Source: Fistulifera solaris (lineage: Eukaryota). From it: 64,000 bases of DNA. This document shows positions 55,072-64,000 of this stretch, piece by piece. Below the pieces are notes generated by a model. It searched no databases and had not been told where the DNA came from. It saw only the letters and a list, made by a program, of their open reading frames with translations. Where the stretch lies: the NCBI GenBank assembly GCA_030295235.1, contig AP026145.1, forward strand, positions 124,001-188,000, written 5' to 3'. The position numbers and the translations under genes are program-made. Position 1 is the stretch's first letter. Each line of letters opens with the position of its first letter.

Positions 55072-57050
55072 ATGAAGGGATTGTTACTTTTGGTTAGTCC
55101 GGCATTGTTGCTGAGTGCAACAGAGGCTTTCGTGACGCCCAATCAACGTTCTTACTCATCGTCATCGGCAGTACACCCAAAGCTGCCAATTTCATTCTCG
55201 AAAGAGTCTATATTCTCTTCCACAACACTTTCTGCTGTGCCGACATCATTGATAGCAACATCGGAATCGGGTTCTGTAGCTCTTATGAATTTGCTTCTGG
55301 AGACTCTCATTATTAACGGAGTACCGGCGCTGTTTACGATTTTGACCATCGGCGCAGCGGCCTTCTTTTTCGCCATGGCGCGCGGAAAAGACAAAAAGTC
55401 CACGGAACGATCTTCATTCGGAGGAAAGAATCCCGTTTATCAGCTATACGATGACTTGTATGGAGATCAAGATCAATCAACCGACAAGGAACGAAAAAGT
55501 CCTTTCCAACGTCTTTTGGGATCGCGACAACCCGATCCGCTCCCACAAAATGTCGGAGTCCCCGCAGAACAGTACATTACGCTCACAAATTTGAATCGCG
55601 TGTACGACTCTTACAAATACAGCATGACCGCTGCAACACAAAGTAAAGCCGCGGCGGCAGCCGCCTTTCGGCAAACGGCCTTTCAGAATGCTTGGGTTAA
55701 GGCGGTGGCGGAAGATTCATCGATGTGGCGTGAATTGCAACAAGCCGAAGCGGAATTTCTGGAGGAAGGGGCTTCTTTTACGTCCGAGCTGCATGCTCTG
55801 CAAGCGCAACTGACTCAAAATGTGGTGGATGAAGAGGTCAAGGCCATGATGGAGGATGGTGACGCCTCCTCTCTGTATCAACTGGATCCTCATGTGACCG
55901 TCAGCAACGTTACGGCCAATGCAACCAAGGTGGAACGAAAGAACCCGTTGAAGAGCAAAAAGTCAATAGTAAGATTCTGGAGCTGCAAAAATCAATTCAA
56001 GACTTGGAGCTTGATTTTATTCGAGATGTGGTGAATATTGTCGGTCCGAAACATGCTGCCTCCGTTCGCACGGCTTTGATGGGGAATGTCGCCACGCGAG
56101 GCATTGGTAGCCTGTTACAAGACTTGCAAGATCGGCCACTGAACCAACTTCTTTCTTCGAAGGATCATGTTCGCCCGAACTTATTCGTCGCCCGCTTTCC
56201 CGGTGACGCCACCGCATCTCAGGTGGAAACACTCCGTGAAGAAGTCACCGCCATTGTGAATTCGGCTCGTCCGGGTATTGATGAGGCGCTGATTGTGCTC
56301 CAGACGGGAGGAGGAACAGTTACTGGCTATGGTTTAGCGGCGGCTCAGTTGCTGCGTCTCAAGACGGCGGGATTGAAACTGACCATTGCGGTGGAACAAG
56401 TCGCGGCGTCGGGTGGGTATATGATGTGTTGTGTCGCCGACCACATTGTAGCGAGTCCATTCGCGGTGCTGGGGTCGATTGGTGTAATCACCGACATTCC
56501 GAACGTATACGAAAGACTCAAAAAGGAGGGCATTGAATTTCAAACGGTGACAGCAGGAAAGTTCAAACGGACTCTGACGCCTACCAAAAAAGTCTCCAAA
56601 GAAGATTTTGAAAAGACCAAGGCCGATGTGGAGGAAATCTTGGTCTTGTTTCGAGATTTCGTCGCAGAAAATCGACCCCAACTGGACATAGAGAAAGTAG
56701 CCACGGGTGAAACATGGTTCGGAACAGCGGCACTTGAACGAAAGCTCTGCGATGAGATCAAAGCGGTTGATGACACAATAGCTGATTTTGTCAAGAAGGG
56801 ATATAATGTATTTGAAATTGAATATACTCCCCCAGTGGAAACCCTATTTGGTCGCATTTCGCCAGCAAGTGCCGAAAAGCTGAATAGTACGGGAGGAGCT
56901 GGGTTGCTGACAAAGGGTGTTACCTGGCTCGTTAGGACTGTCGTTCGCGAGGTTACAAAGGAACTCGGAGGCTCGCTCAACGATGTGGCTTTACAAAACC
57001 GATATATGATGAGAGACGACAGGGCGGACAGAATCAGATCGCAGGATTGA
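55072..57050 (+). CDS. Plastid-targeted S49 peptidase (SohB-like); one frameshift ~55940
   Basis: Signal TEA|FVTP; F.GD..ASQV..LREEVTAI, GGGTVTGYGLAAAQL, VAASGGYMM, GSIGV, TAGKFKRTL, VATGETWFG. Confidence 0.88.
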
Positions 57051-57132
57051 GAGAGCTCACATTCCTTTTACAAGTGCCATGTAATATTGCTATTAGCTAA
57101 ATGGTAAACTTATTAATTTTTTTGAGGCCTCT

Positions 57133-59289
57133 TTAAATGCGCAAATTGCCGACTGCCTCTGCCAACGAGGCATCTGAAATCACCTTGGCTTTGTCGCTGC
57201 TACCACTGGAAAGCAAGCTCTTCAAATCGCCGCTACTTTTGCTATTGGGCGTGATGGAAGGTTGGTTAGAAGGCTGATTGCTGAACGAACGACTTCGCTG
57301 CGCTTGGCGATCGGTCTTGTCATTCGGTGACTTGGATGGTGATTTCGACCGCAAAAGTGCAGCTATGTGACTTCCACTCGGACGCCGATTTCGGGGTGTT
57401 TTAGGCTCGGCGTTATCACGTGACGACAATCGATTTTGGAAAATATCTCTTTCACTGAAAGCCCTTCCGGTCGAGCGCCCGCGGCCTTTCGCGGGACGTA
57501 TTGCTGGTTCGTCTTCGTTATTGTAGCTAGTGTTGTAAAATTCACTTTGACGTCGAGGAGCTTTCGAGTGCGCTTTCAGTGTGCTTTCTGCTGACTTTAA
57601 CGTTGTCAAGTCTTCGCTCGCGCGACGGGTAGCTTTGACTAAACTATCGTGGCTGGACCTTTGTGGAGCGGATCGACGAAGTACATGCTCCGATTCACTT
57701 TTCTCCTTGACGCGTCCACTTCCTGGTGAACGACGAGGCGTCGTTCCCATCTCGACCGTATCTTTGTTGCGACTGTCGGGTGTCCTCATGTCGACTGCCG
57801 GTAACTTGCGACTGCCCCGTCTGGGAGTCTTAAACGTTTGACCGGATTCATCGCGTCCCTTGGAACTATCCGGACTCCGACTGAGTTTGAGTTTTCGGTC
57901 TTCGACCGCCGAAGCCGATTGCGGAGCCGGCGATGCTCGCGCCGATATTTTCTTTCGACGAGGTGCTGGTGTTCGGAAGGAACCGTCCGCCGAAACCGTT
58001 CGGGGTGGTGGCGGTCTTCGCTTCTGGCTCGGGGGCGTATCGCCCGCCGATCGACTGCGGGTGACACTGTCACGCTTCTCCTCCTCTTCCTCTACTTCAT
58101 TTTCTTCGTCAGTATCTCTATAAACTCCCGACGTTCCCACTGTTACGAATGATCCATTTTTACTATCTCCTCCATCCGACGTCCCTCGGGTACGACCCGA
58201 ATCGTGCTTGGCGTTGTCGTATTCGTCGCCACTGAACAGCAGAGCATTTTCTAAATTGTCGCACAATACTTTCATGGCCGGACGATGTATGGGATCCCAG
58301 GCACTGGTTACCAGTTCGATCAAAGAGGACGACCAGTAATAGGGGTCTAGCTCTGGTCGCTGTTGTTCTGTGACGGTTCGATAATACAACTCTGCTCGAC
58401 TCGAACAACGACGAAAGGGGATTTTCAATGTGACCATTTCCCATAACATGATGCCAAAAGCGTAGACATCCGATGCCGACGATACCATACCCGTATAGAC
58501 TTCGGGAGCCGCATAGGGCAAAACGCACCGTAAATCATCGGATTGTCGCAAACTCCGTGGAAAATGTGGAGACTGCACGTGCCGGGCGTGTCGAAATTGA
58601 CACAATTTGATGCGTCCATAGCGCGAATCGAACCCCACTTTGGACGGTGTGAGATGATAGACGATTTTTTTGGAATGCAAATACGCGACAGCCGAAGCCA
58701 CGTCCATGGCAATTTCCAGTCGTTCGTGCAATCCCTTGGCGGAGCGTCTCCAAGAATCGATGCGATCGGGTAGCATTTCAACGACACGATCAATAATGAG
58801 AAAAGCTCCCGTTCTTCCCGGTGATAATAGAGTCTGTTCATCTTTCTGCATTCCGTACGCTTGTAATATATGAGGATGTTTGGGAGCCGCTTCCGTCAAC
58901 ATGTACAATTCGGTCACCCAATCGATGACGGTATCTTCTGACAAGGGCGGCTGTAAGGACCGTAACACATAATGCCCGTCAATACTCCGATCCGCAAAAC
59001 GACTTCTTGCATGTTCCATTCCTTTTCCAAAAGAACCCGACTGTAAATCCATGACAATCCGGATCGTTCGTAATTCATGATCGGCCGTGTGATGCGACCA
59101 ATTGACGGGGTCTTTGGAAACAACGACTTCATCACCATGAAAGATAGGAACGGACGGCGTTGAGCCACTTGCTGATGTAGGATCATAGAAATCTCGAATC
59201 AAGCATTCTTGCGCTTGTGCAGCGACTTCCAGTAAAGACGTGATGTGTTGTGAGGTATCTTCCGACGCGTCGGAGGATTGATGATCCAT
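57133..59289 (-). CDS. TKL-like protein kinase-fold protein (predicted pseudokinase) with S/R-rich disordered tail
   Basis: HPHIL, ERLEIAMDVASAVAYLH, YAAPEV, SDVYAFGIMLWEM..PF are present. Catalytic motifs are degenerate (VYHLTPSKVGF, LCQFRHAR). Confidence 0.85.
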   Translation of the reverse strand: MDHQSSDASEDTSQHITSLLEVAAQAQECLIRDFYDPTSASGSTPSVPIFHGDEVVVSKDPVNWSHHTADHELRTIRIVMDLQSGSFGKGMEHARSRFADRSIDGHYVLRSLQPPLSEDTVIDWVTELYMLTEAAPKHPHILQAYGMQKDEQTLLSPGRTGAFLIIDRVVEMLPDRIDSWRRSAKGLHERLEIAMDVASAVAYLHSKKIVYHLTPSKVGFDSRYGRIKLCQFRHARHVQSPHFPRSLRQSDDLRCVLPYAAPEVYTGMVSSASDVYAFGIMLWEMVTLKIPFRRCSSRAELYYRTVTEQQRPELDPYYWSSSLIELVTSAWDPIHRPAMKVLCDNLENALLFSGDEYDNAKHDSGRTRGTSDGGDSKNGSFVTVGTSGVYRDTDEENEVEEEEEKRDSVTRSRSAGDTPPSQKRRPPPPRTVSADGSFRTPAPRRKKISARASPAPQSASAVEDRKLKLSRSPDSSKGRDESGQTFKTPRRGSRKLPAVDMRTPDSRNKDTVEMGTTPRRSPGSGRVKEKSESEHVLRRSAPQRSSHDSLVKATRRASEDLTTLKSAESTLKAHSKAPRRQSEFYNTSYNNEDEPAIRPAKGRGRSTGRAFSERDIFQNRLSSRDNAEPKTPRNRRPSGSHIAALLRSKSPSKSPNDKTDRQAQRSRSFSNQPSNQPSITPNSKSSGDLKSLLSSGSSDKAKVISDASLAEAVGNLRI

Positions 59290-59604
59290 CAGAGAGTTTC
59301 ACACAAGTTGATAATTAGTTTGGTGCAAAATAACAATCAGTTCCTCCTTATCATGGAAAAGATGACGACAGTTGTGGGTCTATAAATGTTAATAATATCA
59401 AAAACAACGTATTTCACTGGATGAATGTTGCAAGATAGGACGAGTAATAAAAGTCTTTTTCCGTCGCTTCTTTGGCGCATCGGTCTTTATTGGGTTTTCC
59501 ATGGAAGTTGATTGGGCGAGAAAATGAGAAAGAGATAAGGGCATGAGTACCAGGTAGACCAAGTCCCATGAAAGTTGAGTCTCGAATAAAGATCGAGGTC
59601 GTTC

Positions 59605-59730
59605 GCAGAAAATGTGGGCGCGTGATATTTTCACACGTCCAGAAAATGTGGATGACTTATATTTTCACTTCTCCAGAAAATGTGTGCGTGTGGTTTTGCA
59701 CGTGTCCAGAAAATGTGGGCGTGTGCTGTT
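59605..59730. repeat. 33-34-bp minisatellite x4 with CAGAAAATGTG core, in a divergent intergenic region
   Basis: Cores at ~59606, 59640, 59674 and 59707. Confidence 0.85.
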
Positions 59731-59893
59731 TTACCTATGATGTTGTATTACCCGTATTACCGCGCATGCAAGGTACCTGGTAATGTTACAACGCAACACC
59801 CTCGCAACCGTCGCCATTATCAATGCATTTCATTCTTTGTCGTCTGCGATCTCCAATTTCTTCCCTTTCATTCATACTCGATTGGTGTTGACA

Positions 59894-61359
59894 ATGCTGC
59901 GAGCTGTACAATTCTTAATTTTGGGTTATTTATTCGCTTCTGCGGATGCATTCGTGCTGCGCAACGTCGCATCGCGTCACGCGACGGCACGATCCGCATC
60001 TTCGTCGTTGACGGAATCACTCAATGTCACGATTGTGGGTGCCGGACCGGCAGGATTGTTGTTGGCACATCGATTGCTCGAAGCGGGAGCATCCGTCAAC
60101 ATTTACGAAAAGCGGGCACGGCCCATCTTGGGAACTCTGCCTACGGAGGGACGAGCGTATGCTCTCGGCATCGGCCGACGGGGTCGGACGGCGCTGCAAC
60201 AAGCACCCCAAGTATGGGAAGCCGTGCGATCTGCAGGATTTCCTTCCGATCGATTTCGCTTGCATGCGGGGCCCGTGGCGTTGAAATTACGAGACAGCGC
60301 TGGCCAGCAAGAGCCATCCTTGCTTTGTTTTCAAAGTGATTTGTGTGCGGCTCTGTTGAAAGAACTGGAACAGCAATATAATCCGGATCGACTGACAATT
60401 CGATTCAATACGCCGGTCGCGAATATTAATCTCAAAGATCGAATGTGTCAAACAGAAAATGGTGAAGTTGTTGCGTTTGATCTCATTGTGGGTTGTGATG
60501 GTGTTAATTCTGTCGTTCGAGAAGCTATGCAAAAGGAATGGCCTGCCTTCGAAGTAACCCAACGAGAGCTACCCGGGAAATTCAAAACGGTGCAATTACC
60601 CAATGTTCCCAGTGACAAGTTGGACCCAACAGCGGTCTCGCTCGTGATGCCGCAAAAGGAAGCACGACAGCCTTTGTCGAGCCGGTTTCCGACAGTGGCC
60701 GCTGTTGCGTATTATTTGCCGGTTCCAATGCCACGGATCCACTTTTGGTGTCAAGTGATGCGATCGAAATAGAACAAGTGTTGCAGGAACGCTATCCCTC
60801 CTTTCGACCGGAAGCGCTAACATCGGCGGCCGAGCAGTTGGCGAATATCCCCAAGGCGTCTCAAGCCTCGTCGGTTCAATGTAATATTTATCACTACAAC
60901 GATGTAGCGGTACTTTGTGGCGACGCAGCTCATGCAACGGGTGGCGTATCGGGACAAGGCGTAAACAGTGCCCTTACCGATAGTGTCGTATTGGCGAAAT
61001 GCATCCATCAAAGCGCTTCGTTGCGCCAAGCGCTGATTGCCTATTCCATGAAACAGGTACCCGAAGGACACGCTTTGTATGATCTGTCATTCCCTCCACC
61101 GCCGTCGAGTAAACTCGAAGCATTGGGTCGCACGTTACGAACGCTGCGCGATTTTATTTTTCGTGGGCGTTTGGGGATTGGAAAGCTTCCGATACAAGTG
61201 CAATTGACCACATCATTAGAGTCTTTTGCTGATATACGACGCGCGCGAATGGACGGCTTTCCATCCCAGAGTGAATGGGAAAGGAAACTGTCGACTCTAG
61301 ATGCAACTGCTGGAGCCAGTTTGTCAGCCCGAGGCAAAGAAGCGACTAGTGCAACATAG
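59894..61359 (+). CDS. Plastid-targeted FAD-dependent monooxygenase (kynurenine-3-monooxygenase-like family); one frameshift ~60655
   Basis: Signal ADA|FVL; IVGAGPAG, IYEKR, DLIVGCDGVNSVVR, LCGDAAHA...GQGVNSAL. Confidence 0.88.
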
Positions 61360-62001
61360 TCTGGTTGAAGTTATTGAAAATGATAGGAGTCAGGCAAGGT
61401 TTCCATTCATGAGCTCATCCTAATTATGGTGATTAGTCGTTCTGGAAGACGAATAATTGCATGAATCTAGCTAGGTTGTTACTTTTGTTTGTTTATAAAA
61501 ACTACAAACATCAAATAGATCTCGCAAAAAATAGATCGTGTATTGTGTATTTTCTTCCACCCCCGTACAATGCTGCTTCATTATAATAGAAAACATGTTT
61601 CAGTAGCGTGTTGCAGTAGTACGGAGTAATTGAAGACGAGACTACTATATGTCTCCATACATACCAATATTTGACTGTCATAACCTGGGACCGTGTATTA
61701 TTTCTCCGCCGCGCCCACACCGCCGCACCGCTGCTCTCTCTTTTCTTTTGACGAGCAACAACAATAAACAACCAACTGACAACAAGAACAAGGGAATCAA
61801 CATTGCCAGAAGAAAATTCGTTTTGTTTTCAATTCTTGAGCACTGAAACAGGAGGAGACGCTGTCGATGCTGAACGATATTTACAATCTTGATTGAAAAA
61901 TAGATTTCAAACCGAGCTATTTTCGAATCATCTTTGATTGCGCGCCTTCGTCAGTGCGCGTGGCATCTGTTACAGTATCAGTCTGATTGAAATACATCGC
62001 A

Positions 62002-64000
62002 ATGTCTTCCCAAGATCAAAATAATTCGCAGAATGAAAGCTTAGAGAAGCAAGCAGTGGAAACTGAATCATCGCGAACGTGGAGCACGGTCGAGACAGCG
62101 GCACCGGAAGATGGCCGAACAAGGAACAATTCATCGATCCCATTTCGGATGAATTTACACCAATCTAAAAAGCGTAAACGGAGAATCACAACTTCCGATA
62201 TGACAGGTGGAAACTCGAGTAGCGGTAGTAGCAGCGAAGAAGATATTGGCGACGAAGAGGGGAGCAAAGCTGTTGAAAACCAACCAAGAAAAGACGCCGA
62301 CACGAGTTCGAGAGGAGAGATCATTGATGGTGAACACAAGCATACAACTAACAATGACGCTGAAACTGCTGGGAATGATGGCTCTCCTCTTTCACCGCAT
62401 TCTTCTTTTCCTCAACCAGAGGGCTGGAGGGTAAAGTTGTACCGTTTGAATGCAGACGGAAGCTGGGATGATTGTGGGACGGGTCGCATCGTTTGCTTAT
62501 ACCGCCAACAGCAGAAGAGCAATAAGTCATTCGCTCCTGGCTCCGATCAATGGCTGTATCAAGAAACAGGCGAAGCAACATTATGTGTACATGCCGAAGT
62601 AACGAAGCAGAATCGTCAGCAGCGCGTTTTGTTGAGGACGAGGATTTTGCTTCGGGACGCGTACCAACGACAAGGAGAGAATATAATAACCTGGTGCGAG
62701 CCGTACTACGGTGGAGACCCAAATCAGCAGCAACGAAATTCAGCAAACCATCAGCACAGCCACGGTCATCATCACTCTAGTCCTGTCGGCGCTGGAAACA
62801 ATGTCGGCGTCGACCTTGCGTTATCATTTCAAGACAATGCGGGATGTTTAGATATATGGCGCCAGATTACACATGTTCAGCATTATGCGGCAGAGCTTAT
62901 GCGACAGCAGGCGCAACCAGACCGTGTTCAGGATATGGCTGCTCAGGTGGCGGCAGAGCATCACTCCAATCTACATAGGCAGCAACAGCAAGAATTATGG
63001 GCGCATTTGACCGATGAGCACACCAACTCTGTCTCTGAGGCGGAGGTACATTACAACAATTTACTGGAGCAAGCGCTGGTGCAATCGTTACCAAGTCCAC
63101 CAACACTTGAGAATTTGGAAGATATAGCGGACACGATCGCTGCTTTGCAACATACGCAATATGCCCCTCAGCAACGAGAATACTTGGCACTTTGGATCGC
63201 GAAAGATGATTGCTCTTATTTGAAACAGCTGATCGGTTTGTTTCCGGCAGCGGAGGCGAAAGGGGACTACGGGAAGCTGGCGACTTTGGCAGCATGCGTG
63301 AAAACAATCTTGCTTCTTAATGAACCTTCAATTCTGGAACTGGTCATCAATGTTGCTTCGATCTTTGAAGGCGTTTGCAGTTGTTTAGAATACGACCCCG
63401 ACTTGCGAGAGAAGGCAAATCATCGATGGTTTTTGCAAGAAAGAGCTAAGTTTCGGACAGTGGTCCCTATGGAGGACCCCGAGTTGATTTCCGCAATTCA
63501 CCGGGCATTTAGGGTCAATTTCTTGCGTGACACACTATTGCGACCAACCATGGATGAATCAGCACTGACTACACTGAGTTCACTACTTACGTTTACACAT
63601 GCTGATGTTGTCAAAGGTGTTATGCTTTCAGGGTCGGGAAAAGAGGTCGTTCTTAAAGACAGCTATTTAGTCCGGGTCATTCGTTTGCTTGCCGTGGAAG
63701 TATACGCTTTGGCTGCACTGGACTGGATCGACCTTGAAAATCACGCAAACGGAGAAAGCAAGTTGGCACTCACAGTCGCGCCGGACGACGACTTTCTGGT
63801 TGGCGACCCGTCAATTGTCGTTGGAGAGGCTTCCCTCAATACAACGTCATGGAAACAATACCTTGCACCTCAGGATCGCACACCGGCTTCGCGAAGGCTC
63901 CGCAAACGTGGTTGCTTATATTTTCTTCGTGAGCTATTCAATATGGTCCGAATGTCATTACAACAATGTGACAAAGACAACTTTTTCCCTGCTATATGTA
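62002..64000 (+). CDS. PPP4R3: PP4 regulatory subunit 3 (SMEK/Psy2), truncated by window end (absent from ORF track)
   Basis: Hand translation from ATG 62002: [61 protein letters not shown]. Confidence 0.9.
   Translation, partial: MSSQDQNNSQNESLEKQAVETESSRTWSTVETAAPEDGRTRNNSSIPFRMNLHQSKKRKRRITTSDMTGGNSSSGSSSEEDIGDEEGSKAVENQPRKDADTSSRGEIIDGEHKHTTNNDAETAGNDGSPLSPHSSFPQPEGWRVKLYRLNADGSWDDCGTGRIVCLYRQQQKSNKSFAPGSDQWLYQETGEATLCVHAEVTKQNRQQRVLLRTRILLRDAYQRQGENIITWCEPYYGGDPNQQQRNSANHQHSHGHHHSSPVGAGNNVGVDLALSFQDNAGCLDIWRQITHVQHYAAELMRQQAQPDRVQDMAAQVAAEHHSNLHRQQQQELWAHLTDEHTNSVSEAEVHYNNLLEQALVQSLPSPPTLENLEDIADTIAALQHTQYAPQQREYLALWIAKDDCSYLKQLIGLFPAAEAKGDYGKLATLAACVKTILLLNEPSILELVINVASIFEGVCSCLEYDPDLREKANHRWFLQERAKFRTVVPMEDPELISAIHRAFRVNFLRDTLLRPTMDESALTTLSSLLTFTHADVVKGVMLSGSGKEVVLKDSYLVRVIRLLAVEVYALAALDWIDLENHANGESKLALTVAPDDDFLVGDPSIVVGEASLNTTSWKQYLAPQDRTPASRRLRKRGCLYFLRELFNMVRMSLQQCDKDNFFPAIC

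Noticed and set aside
1741..61359. Programmed frameshifting or mass pseudogenisation (about 13 genes split by frameshifts)
   Set aside because: The breaks I could localise are +/-1 base in short homopolymers (e.g. 10910, 25684, 31285, 36418, 39721, 47192, 55940, 60655) and hit conserved genes such as BUB1 and TTI1. This is the signature of sequencing or assembly error; read polishing would confirm it.
50421..61359. Functional cluster of plastid-targeted genes
   Set aside because: The functions are unrelated and interspersed with non-plastid genes; this is expected by chance in a gene-dense algal genome.

Overview
Gene-dense eukaryotic DNA, most consistent with a pennate diatom. This is inferred from short GT-AG introns, bipartite signal-peptide plus F/W plastid presequences and diatom-type gene families; the species cannot be determined. 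About 25 protein-coding loci are supportable: WDR59, S28 peptidase, PLAC8-PrsW fusion, RibD_C, aspartic protease, MadBub/BUB1, DnaJ, LRR protein, a large repeat protein, peroxisomal carrier, NGDN, TPR protein, H-NOX guanylate cyclase, kelch protein, JMJD7, TTI1, PDZ-ferredoxin, CAX, SohB-like peptidase, pseudokinase, FAD monooxygenase, PP4R3 and some hypotheticals. Many are split by single-base indels in homopolymers, which look like assembly errors. The most interesting signals are: (1) a predicted plastid-targeted, disordered ~846-aa protein built of repeated YSPFGRKM(A/G)DGK and YL(N/S) motifs, a candidate multivalent pyrenoid or condensate linker; (2) a hairpin-headed 209-241-bp repeat family at five intergenic loci, all in one orientation; (3) chains of TA-delimited short words that look like stacked DNA-transposon excision footprints; (4) intergenic tracts full of unrelated 7-bp tandem duplications; (5) an animal-type NO-sensor-like soluble guanylate cyclase with a CP-motif insert. 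No tRNA, rRNA, CRISPR array or autonomous transposase was recognised by eye.
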